Below, one piece after another: positions 16,925 to 26,999 of a DNA stretch of 64,000 nt. The position numbers were made by a program, and so were the translations under genes. This DNA comes from an uncultured Candidatus Saccharibacteria bacterium (lineage in GTDB: Bacteria; Patescibacteriota; SOKK01). The DNA is taken from positions 30,787 through 94,786 of the forward strand of contig CAZFJP010000010.1 in NCBI GenBank assembly GCA_964518965.1, in the 5' to 3' direction. The notes beneath the pieces are model-generated. The model ran no database searches. It was not told the origin of the DNA and worked only from the letters and a program-made list of their open reading frames with translations. Position 1 is the stretch's first letter, and each line of letters begins with the position of its first letter.

Positions 16925-18226
16925 GTGATCGTTAACTTTTTCCGCAAATTAAAATCCTCTTTTTCAGCCTCGGAAAATAGAGCTCTTTTTCTGATTGGTC
17001 TTTTAATTCTCATCTTCTTTACTAGTCTAAACTGGAATGCTTGGGCAAAGGATGTTTGGAGGGGAAGAGCAAAAGATGAGATTGTTCCTTCGTGGGAAGG
17101 GGAAATTGTCAAGCAGGAGATTAATAGGATTGTGCGGTTGCCGGAAATTAGGTCTAGAAAAGTAACTATCGTAAAGAAAGAAACTTCTGTGCAAAATGCT
17201 ACTACTGGTCTCACCGGTCCCGCGGTTTACATTAGTGCTTATGATTATCATACGCAGGCTGATCTACAAAGGGTTTTTGAGGAAGTAAGTAGTGCCGGAA
17301 TTAAGACCGTTTTTTTTCAAGTGAGAAATGTCGCTGATGCTTACTATCGCTCTTCTTATGAACCATGGGCGGAAAGTTTGACTGGAGTGTTAGGGCGTGA
17401 TCCTCATTGGGATCCTTTGAGTTTTGCGATTAGGCAGGCACAAAAGCGAAAAATGCATTTGTATGCTTGGATTAACATCTATACACTCTGGCGTGGAGAG
17501 ATCGCTCCTAATTCTAAAGATCATTTGTATTGGAAACACCGTGACTGGATTGTTTATGAGAAGGATAAAGGAAGGATGCAGTTGAACCCCGGCTATCTCT
17601 ATGTTTCACCGGGAAATCCGGCAGTTAATCAGTATCTCAAGAAGATTTGTTTAGATATTGTCTCACGCTATCGTATTGATGGATTACTCTTAGATCAATT
17701 GATTTATCCTAATCGCTATTATTCTTATGATTCTGTTTCGCTGAATAATTTTCGGGCACAGAAGGATTTAAATTGGAATGAATGGCGGGTGATACAAATT
17801 AGCAATTTTGTTAGAGACCTTCGGACGGAATTGAAAGCGCAAGTGCCCGCCAAAAGCGGGTCCGTCTCTGGCGGAAAAGTAAAAGTGGGTGCTTCGGTTT
17901 GCGGTCGTTATTCGGAAGGGAAAACTGAGTACGGTCAAGATTCAGTTTATTGGGTAAAACATAGTTGGGTGGATTTTATTGTACCACTGATTGAATGGAG
18001 TTTAAATGAGAGCCCGCGCTTTGATTTGCAGGTAAGGGATTTTAAGAATCGGGTTGGGACAAAGAAATTGTGGGTAGGAATTAGTGCTTACCGATTTGGC
18101 AGTAGTTTTTCGGAATTAAGTAATCAGGTTAAAGCAGCAAAAAAGGAAAATTTGGGAAACTTTGCTTTTTATGCTTATCGTCATCTTAAAGGTAAATGGG
18201 CAATTCTCAATAATTTAATTAAGTAA
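16925..18226 (+). CDS. GHL10/DUF187 (YddW/DigH-like) glycoside hydrolase-like protein, membrane-anchored
   Basis: IKTVFFQVRNVADAYYRSSYEPWAESLTG...DPLSFAIRQAQKRKMHLYAWINI matches the DUF187 TIM-barrel core. GTG start and N-terminal TM. Confidence 0.6.
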   Translation: MIVNFFRKLKSSFSASENRALFLIGLLILIFFTSLNWNAWAKDVWRGRAKDEIVPSWEGEIVKQEINRIVRLPEIRSRKVTIVKKETSVQNATTGLTGPAVYISAYDYHTQADLQRVFEEVSSAGIKTVFFQVRNVADAYYRSSYEPWAESLTGVLGRDPHWDPLSFAIRQAQKRKMHLYAWINIYTLWRGEIAPNSKDHLYWKHRDWIVYEKDKGRMQLNPGYLYVSPGNPAVNQYLKKICLDIVSRYRIDGLLLDQLIYPNRYYSYDSVSLNNFRAQKDLNWNEWRVIQISNFVRDLRTELKAQVPAKSGSVSGGKVKVGASVCGRYSEGKTEYGQDSVYWVKHSWVDFIVPLIEWSLNESPRFDLQVRDFKNRVGTKKLWVGISAYRFGSSFSELSNQVKAAKKENLGNFAFYAYRHLKGKWAILNNLIK

Positions 18227-18242
18227 TTCTAAGGAGTGAATT

Positions 18243-18818
18243 ATGTCTAAGTTTTTCGTTGTACTTTTGATCATTGTTATTCTTGCTTTGATTAGTGGAG
18301 GAGTGTATGGATATTGGTACTTTAATCAGAGGTTAAATGATCAATCAAAGACCATTGATGATTTAAAGAGTAAGTTAGCAGAAGAAGCTATTACTAAGGA
18401 AACTACAGAAGATAGTACCAAGCTTACTCAGACATATCGCAGTCAAAGTTCTGGTTTTGAAATTAGTTATTTAACAGGTTGGACAGCTAGTGAAGCACCG
18501 TTACAGCAAAGTGAAGAAGGAACCGTTGAGACCGTTTATTTTAAGGATAGCAGTGGTAAGACAATTGTGACAGTTTCTGTTCAACCGACGAGTATGGAAG
18601 GGATGCTAAAGGAGAGTTTTGAAATTAAGCAGACGACCACAGTTACGATTGATAGCGTCAATTTTCAAAAATTAAGTGTTCTGGATAATCAGAGTGGTAA
18701 GGAAATGATTTATTATCTCGCTAAGAAAGGCGGCAAGCTCTATACTTTCAGTGCAAAAGAGGCGGATGCTACCACTTTAGAGAAAATGGTTAATTCTTTT
18801 AAATTTCCGACGAGCTGA
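18243..18818 (+). CDS. Membrane-anchored surface protein, paralog family member 3 (TM, coiled coil, TQTYRSQSSGFEISYLTGW domain)
   Basis: Architecture and C-terminal-domain start motif parallel the proteins at 11115 and 11859. Confidence 0.5.
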   Translation: MSKFFVVLLIIVILALISGGVYGYWYFNQRLNDQSKTIDDLKSKLAEEAITKETTEDSTKLTQTYRSQSSGFEISYLTGWTASEAPLQQSEEGTVETVYFKDSSGKTIVTVSVQPTSMEGMLKESFEIKQTTTVTIDSVNFQKLSVLDNQSGKEMIYYLAKKGGKLYTFSAKEADATTLEKMVNSFKFPTS

Positions 18819-19117
18819 TGATTGCAAAGCAAGAAAAGGTTTATCGTCTTTTAAGCCGAATTCCGAAAAATCGTCTCACTACCTACAAAAGTTTGGCGAG
18901 AAAACTAGGTAATTCTCGTTTAAGCAGAGCAGTAGGTAGGTGGATGCATGTAAATCCTTATCCAACGAGAAGGGTTCCTTGCTTTCGGGTGATTAAAAGT
19001 AGTGGAGAAGTAGGTGGTTATGCTGGTGGTATAAGATTAAAAATCAGCAAACTAAAACAAGCGGGATTCAGTGTCAAAAATAATAAAGTAGTTAATTATC
19101 AAAAATTAATTTGGTAA
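18818..19117 (+). CDS. Single-domain O6-alkylguanine-DNA alkyltransferase DNA-binding domain protein (MGMT/Ogt C-terminal domain alone, active-site Cys present)
   Basis: VYRLLSRIPKNRLTTYKSLARKLG...NPYPTRRVPCFRVIKSSGEVGGYAGG carries the PCHR-type motif as PCFR. Confidence 0.7.
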   Translation: MIAKQEKVYRLLSRIPKNRLTTYKSLARKLGNSRLSRAVGRWMHVNPYPTRRVPCFRVIKSSGEVGGYAGGIRLKISKLKQAGFSVKNNKVVNYQKLIW

Positions 19118-19122
19118 GTAAA

Positions 19123-19320
19123 ATGGAAATCAATCCTAAGATGAAAATTGAAGAAGTTTTGAAACTTCGTCCCAACGCACCAGCAATCATGATGGAATAT
19201 GGTTTTCCTTGTGTCGGTTGTCCTTTGGCGCAACTTGAGACGTTAGAGGATGGAGCGAAGAAACATGGAATTAGTGGCGAAAAATTTAGTCAGTTTTTAG
19301 AGGAGATTAACAATTGTTAA
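19123..19320 (+). CDS. DUF1858-like small redox protein (CxGC)
   Basis: MEINPKMKIEEVLKLRPNAPAIMMEYGFPCVGCPLAQLETLEDGAKKHGI. The alternative ATG at 19111 overlaps the upstream stop. Confidence 0.45.
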   Translation: MEINPKMKIEEVLKLRPNAPAIMMEYGFPCVGCPLAQLETLEDGAKKHGISGEKFSQFLEEINNC

Positions 19321-19465
19321 AGGCAAAATACAAAAGGCAAAAAGCAAAAGTAAAATCAGGAGGTAAAAGTAAACTATTATTTAGTTCAGGAAATAGATAA
19401 CCTAAACTTTTACTTTTTGCCTTCATTTTTGTCTTTTGATTTTTGCTTTTTGACTTTTAAGATTG
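19321..19465. repeat. Copy C of the palindromic repeat family
   Basis: Core caaaaggcaaaaagcaaaagta at 19332-19353. Inverted partner cttttactttttgccttcatttttgtcttttgatttttgctttttgactttt at 19406-19457. Confidence 0.45.
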
Positions 19466-19521
19466 TTTGTGTATAATAAAGCCGTAATGAGGCTTTGAGC
19501 CTTGTTTTTAAAAGAATTTAT

Positions 19522-19728
19522 ATGAGTTTTGCTGAAAACAATAGGATTATTCGCTTCTTCAAAGAAGCAGTTGCTGAGCTTCGGAAAGTTGTTTGGCCAA
19601 CGAAAAAACAAGCAATTCGCCTTACTTTAATTGTTATTGGAGTCGTGATTGTGACCGCGCTCTTTTTGGGTGGCTTTGATTTAATTTTCAGTAGAATTAT
19701 TCGTTTCATTATTTTAAAGAGTTCTTAA
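19522..19728 (+). CDS. secE: Preprotein translocase subunit SecE
   Basis: MSFAENNRIIRFFKEAVAELRKVVWPTKKQ followed by one TM. Lies immediately upstream of nusG. TGtATAAT promoter at about 19463. Confidence 0.7.
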   Translation: MSFAENNRIIRFFKEAVAELRKVVWPTKKQAIRLTLIVIGVVIVTALFLGGFDLIFSRIIRFIILKSS

Positions 19729-19729
19729 G

Positions 19730-20275
19730 ATGGTGCGACAAATTCGGACAACTGAACCAAAATGGTATGTTTTGCATACTTACTCTGGTTATGAAGATAA
19801 TGTTGCAAGTAATCTAAGACAACGTATTGAATCTTTAGATATGGAGGATAAGATTTTTGAAGTATTAGTTCCCAAAGAAAAACAAATTGAAATTAAAGGT
19901 GGTAAGCGTCAGATTGTGGAAAGGAAGATTTTTCCTGGTTATGTTCTGGTGAAGATGTTAGTTGCAGAGGATTCTTGGTATGTTGTCCGTAATACTCCCA
20001 ATGTTACTGGTTTCATTGGATCAGGAACAATTCCAGTACCGATTGCTGACGAAGAAATGCGCAAGATTCAAAAGCGTATGGGCGTAGAAGAGCCAAAATA
20101 TAAAATTGATGTAGTTATTGGCGATCACGTGAAAATTATCGATGGACCGTTTAAAGATTTTGATGGTATTGTTAATGAAATTGATGAAGAAAAGGGAAAA
20201 GTTAAGGTATTGGTAAATATCTTTGGTAGAGAAACACCGGTGGAATTAGATTTCTTACAAGTCAAAAAGTCATAA
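19730..20275 (+). CDS. nusG: Transcription termination/antitermination factor NusG
   Basis: KWYVLHTYSGYEDNV NGN domain and KOW (GDHVKIIDGPFKDFDGIV). Confidence 0.9.
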   Translation: MVRQIRTTEPKWYVLHTYSGYEDNVASNLRQRIESLDMEDKIFEVLVPKEKQIEIKGGKRQIVERKIFPGYVLVKMLVAEDSWYVVRNTPNVTGFIGSGTIPVPIADEEMRKIQKRMGVEEPKYKIDVVIGDHVKIIDGPFKDFDGIVNEIDEEKGKVKVLVNIFGRETPVELDFLQVKKS

Positions 20276-20370
20276 ATGGTAGCAGATAGCAAATAGCAGA
20301 TATTTTTTGGTTGTCTGATATCTGTTATTTACTATTACTATTGTCCCGTCACTTTTTATTTATTACTACT

Positions 20371-20796
20371 ATGGCTAAACCAGTTAAAACTGTAGTTAAA
20401 CTGCAGATTGAAGCAGGTAAAGCTAATCCGGCACCACCAGTTGGTCCTGCTTTAGGTCAGCATGGGTTAAATATTCAAGAGTTTTGTACTGCTTTCAATG
20501 AAAAGACGAAAGATAAAATGGGTGATGTCATCCCGGTGGAGATTACGATTTATGAAGATCGCACTTTTGATTTTATTTTAAAAAACCCACCTGTTGCGAT
20601 ACTCTTGAAGAAAGCGGCTAAGATTGAAAAAGGTTCTGGAGAACCGCATGTTAATAAAGTTGGCAAAGTAACTGAAAAACAGGTAGAAGAAATTGCCAAA
20701 GTAAAAATGACCGATTTGAATACCACTGACTTGGAACAAGCAAAGAAAATTGTGAAGGGAACTGCCAGAAGTATGGGTATTGATATCAAAGGATAA
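20371..20796 (+). CDS. rplK: 50S ribosomal protein L11
   Basis: [35 protein letters not shown]. Confidence 0.95.
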   Translation: MAKPVKTVVKLQIEAGKANPAPPVGPALGQHGLNIQEFCTAFNEKTKDKMGDVIPVEITIYEDRTFDFILKNPPVAILLKKAAKIEKGSGEPHVNKVGKVTEKQVEEIAKVKMTDLNTTDLEQAKKIVKGTARSMGIDIKG

Positions 20797-20800
20797 AACT

Positions 20801-21484
20801 ATGAAGCGAGGAAAGAATTATAAGGCGTTTAGAGAAAAACTAACACAATCCAAATACTCTTTGGATGAGGCTTTAGGTTTGGTCAAAGAAAATAACAAAA
20901 CAAAGTTTGATGCCTCGATTGAGCTTCATATTCATCTTAATTTGAGTAAAAAAGGTGATCAATCAGTCAGGGGTACTGTTGATCTTCCAAACCCGACGGG
21001 AAAAAAAGTACGCATTGCTGTCTTTGCCGAAGCAGAGAAACAAAAAGAAGCAAAAGATGCAGGTGCAAAAATTGTCGGAGCAGATGATTTAGTAGAGAAA
21101 GTAAGTAGAGGATTTACTGATTTTGATGTTGTGATTGCTACACCACAAATGATGCCAAGAATTGGGAAGTTAGGGAAAGTTCTTGGTGTGTTAGGTTTGA
21201 TGCCAAATCCTAAGGCGGGAACGATTACTCCGGAACCGGGGAAACTGGTAGAACAATTTCAAAAAGGTCGCATTGAGTTCCGTAATGATAAATTAAACAA
21301 TATTCATCAGGTTGTTGGAAAAGTTTCAATGAAGCCGGAGAAAGTAAAAGAAAATGTTTTAGCGATTTATCATGCTGTTTCTCAGGCAAAACCAGAAGGA
21401 GTAAAGGGATCTTTCATTCAAAATATGACTTTAGCTAGTACAATGGGACCAGGGATTAGGATAGATTTGACGAGTTTGAAATAA
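20801..21484 (+). CDS. rplA: 50S ribosomal protein L1
   Basis: MKRGKNYKAFREKLTQSKYSLDEALGLVKE...FDASIELHIHL. Confidence 0.95.
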   Translation: MKRGKNYKAFREKLTQSKYSLDEALGLVKENNKTKFDASIELHIHLNLSKKGDQSVRGTVDLPNPTGKKVRIAVFAEAEKQKEAKDAGAKIVGADDLVEKVSRGFTDFDVVIATPQMMPRIGKLGKVLGVLGLMPNPKAGTITPEPGKLVEQFQKGRIEFRNDKLNNIHQVVGKVSMKPEKVKENVLAIYHAVSQAKPEGVKGSFIQNMTLASTMGPGIRIDLTSLK

Positions 21485-21485
21485 A

Positions 21486-21641
21486 CTTGCAAAAAATTTT
21501 GTAGTTGCTATAATCAATTTGTTCCCGAAATAATTTCGGGGTAAACCTAAGACAGTAGGCAAAAACTAAGTCCTACCGAGGAAAATCATGAGAGGTTGCT
21601 CTCTGTCTTAGGTTAAAGGCAGAGTTTTTTAAAGATCTATT
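21486..21641 (+). promoter_or_regulatory. Promoter (TTGCAA-16-TGcTATAAT) plus structured L10 (rplJ) leader
   Basis: cccgaaataatttcgggg hairpin. Long-range pairing cctaagacag...ctgtcttagg encloses an inner stem (gtagg/cctac). This is typical of the L10(L12)4 autoregulatory leader. Confidence 0.5.
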
Positions 21642-22160
21642 ATGCCGAAAACACGTGCCCAAAAAGAAGAAATCATCAAAGATTTTAATGACCGCTTGAA
21701 GAAAATGAAAGCAGCGGTGTTTGTGGATTATACTGGTGTAAAGGTAAAACAAATTTGGGATTTGAAAAAGAAACTTTCAGAGGAGAAGGCAGATTTTAGA
21801 GTGATGCAGAATAAATTATTAGCAATTGCTTTGAGGGAAAACAAGCTAGAAGTTCCTGATGAAATTTTGAATAAGCCACTGGCAATTTCTTTTGGCTATC
21901 AGGATGAGATTGCGCCCTCTCGCATTGTAAAGAAATTCTCCCAAGAGAATAAAGTGTTAAAAATCCTCGGTGGGTTTTTTGAGGGAAAGTTTGTCGGTGA
22001 AGATGTAATTAATCAATTAGCCAGTTTGCCTAGTCGTAATGAATTGTTAACGAAATTTGTTTATACGATTAACGCTCCTGTTTCTGGATTTGTAAATGTC
22101 TTACGTGGAAATATCACCGGGTTAGTAAATGTTTTGAATCAGATTAAAGATCGTAAATAA
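21642..22160 (+). CDS. rplJ: 50S ribosomal protein L10
   Basis: MPKTRAQKEEIIKDFNDRLKKMKAAVFVDYTGVKVKQ. Confidence 0.9.
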   Translation: MPKTRAQKEEIIKDFNDRLKKMKAAVFVDYTGVKVKQIWDLKKKLSEEKADFRVMQNKLLAIALRENKLEVPDEILNKPLAISFGYQDEIAPSRIVKKFSQENKVLKILGGFFEGKFVGEDVINQLASLPSRNELLTKFVYTINAPVSGFVNVLRGNITGLVNVLNQIKDRK

Positions 22161-22204
22161 TTACTAATTATTAATATTAATAATTGTTAATTAAGGAGAT
22201 TACT

Positions 22205-22768
22205 ATGGCAGACGAAGTAAAGAAACCAGAAGAAGCAAAAAAACCTGAAGTAGAGGCTAAACCAGTTGAAGCTCCTAAACCGGAAGCAAAACCGGCGGAG
22301 GCTCCTAAAACTGAAGCTCTGAAGCCGGAAGCTGAACCAGCCGAGGCTCCGAAATCAGAAGCACCGAAAGAAGAACCGAAAAAAGAAGTTCCTGAGAAAT
22401 TCAAGAAACTTGTTGAAGAAGTGGAAAAAATGAGTGTCTTGGAACTTTCGGAGTTAGTTAAAGCATTAGAAGATCGTTTTGGGGTTTCGGCAGCTGCTCC
22501 TGTAGCGATGGTTGCCGGTGGTGCAGCAGGTGGTAGTGCAGGTGGTGAAGAAGAAAAAACAGAGTTTGATGTGGAGTTGACCGAAACTGGTGCACAAAAA
22601 ATTGCTGTTATCAAAGTTGTTCGCGAGATTACCGGTAAGGGTCTAAAAGAAGCAAAAGACATGGTTGATGGCGCACCAAAGGTGATTAAAGAAAAAGTGA
22701 AGAAAGAGGAAGCAGAAGAGATTAAGAAAAAGATTGAAGCTGCTGGCGGTAAAGTTACTTTGAAATAA
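22205..22768 (+). CDS. rplL: 50S ribosomal protein L7/L12 with a roughly 60-aa N-terminal Pro/Glu/Ala/Lys-rich extension
   Basis: The canonical N-terminal domain ([31 protein letters not shown]), hinge and C-terminal domain ([32 protein letters not shown]) are preceded by [29 protein letters not shown]... Confidence 0.9.
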   Translation: MADEVKKPEEAKKPEVEAKPVEAPKPEAKPAEAPKTEALKPEAEPAEAPKSEAPKEEPKKEVPEKFKKLVEEVEKMSVLELSELVKALEDRFGVSAAAPVAMVAGGAAGGSAGGEEEKTEFDVELTETGAQKIAVIKVVREITGKGLKEAKDMVDGAPKVIKEKVKKEEAEEIKKKIEAAGGKVTLK

Positions 22769-22793
22769 TTTTTCCTTCTTTCTAGGATAAAAT

Positions 22794-22834
22794 AATCCCC
22801 CAAGGGTATTTGAGTGCCCAAGGGGGTTGTTTTA
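22794..22834 (+). terminator. Candidate terminator after rplL
   Basis: atcccccaagggtatttgagtgcccaagggggttgtttta. Confidence 0.4.
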
Positions 22835-22851
22835 TCTGAGAAATTTGCAGA

Positions 22852-24435
<1,584 letters not shown>

Positions 24436-24669
24436 TGCTATAATACTTACACAAATGTCCCTCAAAGGTTGATCTCTACTTGTTGTAAGATTCATTTTTA
24501 TTGCTGTGAGGCGAACAGGGCAAGTGCCTCGGACAGAAAATATAAAATAAAACTCGCCATGCTTTCATCAGTGATTTTAATCAAGACTTGCTAAATCTTA
24601 GGATATATTGGTTTAATTGGGTCTTGGTTAATGCCAATTGAAAGTTAGGCGGGAAAGGAGAAAAAAGAA

Positions 24670-25224
24670 ATGGCAAAAGCAAATGAAATACCAAAAATAG
24701 CGCTTCTCAAAGAAACCTTGAAAAGTGCGGAAGCAAGTTTAAAAACCGCTCAAGATTTAGTGGGAGAACTTGCGGGTGACAAGGATTTTGTCAAGCAAGT
24801 GAAGGAGCGTCTCAAAAAACTACCTAAAACCGAAACCAAAGCGGAAGTTGGTCAAAGAGTGGTTGAAGGTGTTTTTGATGGCGAAAATATGGTTGGTGAC
24901 GATGGCAAAAAGTATCCGGTTCCCGCTAATTATGCCAGTAAGTCAAAACTCGTTGAAGGTGATCTCTTAAAATTGACGATTGCCGAAAATGGGTCTTTTA
25001 TTTACAAACAAATTGGTCCAGTGGCACGGAGGATGGTTCGGGGTGTTCTTATTGAGGAAAATGGTGAGTACCGTGTAATGGCAGAAGGTAAGGATTATAA
25101 GGTAATTCTGGCTAGTGTTACTTACTACCGTGCCAAGCCAGGGGATGAGGTAACAATTGTTATTCCTGAGACTGGCGACAGTGTTTGGGCAGCAATTGAA
25201 AATGTGATTTATAAATCAGAGTAA
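24670..25224 (+). CDS. Hypothetical two-domain protein (helical N-terminus, beta-rich C-terminus) with a roughly 210-nt structured 5' leader
   Basis: 184 aa. No family recognised. Confidence 0.5.
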   Translation: MAKANEIPKIALLKETLKSAEASLKTAQDLVGELAGDKDFVKQVKERLKKLPKTETKAEVGQRVVEGVFDGENMVGDDGKKYPVPANYASKSKLVEGDLLKLTIAENGSFIYKQIGPVARRMVRGVLIEENGEYRVMAEGKDYKVILASVTYYRAKPGDEVTIVIPETGDSVWAAIENVIYKSE

Positions 25225-25225
25225 T

Positions 25226-25669
25226 GTGATGAGGAAATTTAAGCAGTTTTTGAGTAATGAACATGTACGACAGTTTTTCAAATTCTGTGTTGTGGGATCA
25301 ATTGGAACTGCGGTTGATTTTGGGCTACTTTATTTGCTGGTAGAATTTGGCCATCTTTTTTATTTACTTGCGGCAACCATTTCCTTTATTGCTGCAGTAG
25401 TAAATAACTATATTCTCAATAAAATTTGGACCTTTCGTGATCATAGCAAGCAACTTTTTCGGCAGTTCGGGCGGTTTTTAATTATAAGTTTAGTTGGTTT
25501 AGGTCTGAATGTCTTGCTTTTATATTTATTAGTAGAGTTTGGACATTTATGGTATATTTTAGCGAAGGTGTTAGCAACTGGGGTAGTGCTGATCTGGAAC
25601 TTTTTTGCTAACAAGTTTTGGACGTTCAGAAAAAATGGGGAATGGCGAATGGAAAATGGAGAATGTTAA
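25226..25669 (+). CDS. GtrA-family membrane protein (polyprenol-linked sugar translocation)
   Basis: FFKFCVVGSIGTAVDFGLLYLL...NNYILNKIWTFRD, repeated in the second half (WNFFANKFWTFRK). Confidence 0.75.
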   Translation: MMRKFKQFLSNEHVRQFFKFCVVGSIGTAVDFGLLYLLVEFGHLFYLLAATISFIAAVVNNYILNKIWTFRDHSKQLFRQFGRFLIISLVGLGLNVLLLYLLVEFGHLWYILAKVLATGVVLIWNFFANKFWTFRKNGEWRMENGEC

Positions 25670-25704
25670 ACACATACCGTGTTTCCCATAAGTAGCAAAT
25701 CTCT

Positions 25705-25732
25705 TGCATAGAAGCGATTTTTGTGCTATAAT
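25705..25732 (+). promoter_or_regulatory. Promoter TTGCAT-16-TGcTATAAT
   Basis: ttgcatagaagcgatttttgtgctataat, 25 nt upstream of the sortase gene. Confidence 0.4.
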
Positions 25733-25758
25733 AAGATAATAGAGTAACTGGGAGTTTT

Positions 25759-26895
25759 ATGGCTAATCAAACTCCAATGAAGCCCTGGGATCCCTGGGAG
25801 GAAGTGGAGAGAAAGGCTTCCAACCCTGAACCAGAGCCAATGAAAGAGGCCCCTCCGCGGGAGGGTGGTTTTGTGCAAAGCGAAGAATTGAGGGACATCC
25901 CCAGAGAGGAAGCACAACCGCTTCAAAGCAAACCCGCAGCCGATTTGGGTAAGTCCTACTTTCCGCCTCAACCTTCTGAGGTGTTGGAAAAAGAGCCTTC
26001 TCCTTTTATTGCTCCGAGTATAGAGAACGAGAGGGACTATTTTGCTCCTCCAAAGGAAGCTCCTAAAACTTCTTGGATGGAAAAATTACCCCCTGTCTCT
26101 CCCCGTCATGAAGGTGAAATACCACCTCTTCATGGTACAGCAGGCGCTTCTCCCAAAGCTCCTTTTGAACCTGTTACAGGCACGGCTTTGGGTGTAAAAA
26201 TGAAAGGGAAGGGGCTAAAGCTGTCGCGCAAGTCCTCGATTATCAAAGAAATTCTTAAATTTTTTGGTATTTTTGTTGCCGTCTTTGCGATTATTTTTGT
26301 CATTTTAAACTGGCCTTCCATTGCGGTTAATCTTAAATATTGGTGGGAACAGAATCGCAGTGGGGATCAGTCTACTGCCGAAGATATTGACTTAGGTGTG
26401 GAATCTCCCGAAAATATTCCCCAAGACGACCGTATTGTGATTAAAAAAATTAAAGTAGACGCGCCCATCATGTTTCCGAAAGATCCTAGTGATAAGGTTT
26501 TGTTAGAGGAGCTCAAGAGAGGTGTTGTTCATTATCCGGGTACTGCCTTGCCAGGTGAAACAGGAAACTGTTTTATTACCGGTCATAGTTCTAATTATTG
26601 GTGGATTAAGAGTAAATATAACACAGTTTTCACTTTATTGCCAAAATTGGTGGTTGGTGATAAAGTAATTGTCTACTACAAACAAAAGAAGTATATTTAT
26701 GAGGTAAGAGAAGTTAAGGAGGTTAGTCCTAGCCAAACTGAGGTTCTAAATCCAACGGAAAAGCCGACACTTACGTTGATGACGTGCGTTCCGATTGGTA
26801 CAAACTTAAGACGTTTAATCGTGAGATGTGATCAAATCAGTCCTGCTTCTGGTGAGAATGTTGATTTAAATCAACCACGACTACCCGCTGATTAA
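25759..26895 (+). CDS. Sortase-family transpeptidase with Pro/Glu-rich N-terminal low-complexity region and one TM
   Basis: Catalytic-region motifs ITGHSS (His) and TLTLMTCVP (TLxTC Cys) followed by RRLIVR (Arg). TM ILKFFGIFVAVFAIIFVILNWP. Confidence 0.7.
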   Translation: MANQTPMKPWDPWEEVERKASNPEPEPMKEAPPREGGFVQSEELRDIPREEAQPLQSKPAADLGKSYFPPQPSEVLEKEPSPFIAPSIENERDYFAPPKEAPKTSWMEKLPPVSPRHEGEIPPLHGTAGASPKAPFEPVTGTALGVKMKGKGLKLSRKSSIIKEILKFFGIFVAVFAIIFVILNWPSIAVNLKYWWEQNRSGDQSTAEDIDLGVESPENIPQDDRIVIKKIKVDAPIMFPKDPSDKVLLEELKRGVVHYPGTALPGETGNCFITGHSSNYWWIKSKYNTVFTLLPKLVVGDKVIVYYKQKKYIYEVREVKEVSPSQTEVLNPTEKPTLTLMTCVPIGTNLRRLIVRCDQISPASGENVDLNQPRLPAD

Positions 26896-26920
26896 TCTGG
26901 TGTTGATTAAAGTGATTTTT

Positions 26921-26947
26921 AAAACCCCGTGATGCGGGGTTTTCTTT
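26921..26947. terminator. Bidirectional Rho-independent terminator
   Basis: aaaaccccgtgatgcggggttttc lies between convergent genes. Confidence 0.6.
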
Positions 26948-26999
26948 AGTTCATCGCTATTAGATCTACAACTCTGGACTCTGCCCTCTGGGCTTTGGG

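Noticed and set aside
22177-22821. 214-aa minus-strand ORF antisense to rplL
   Set aside because: It is a low-complexity Ser/Ala/Phe translation of the antisense of the L7/L12 gene, including its repetitive N-terminal extension.
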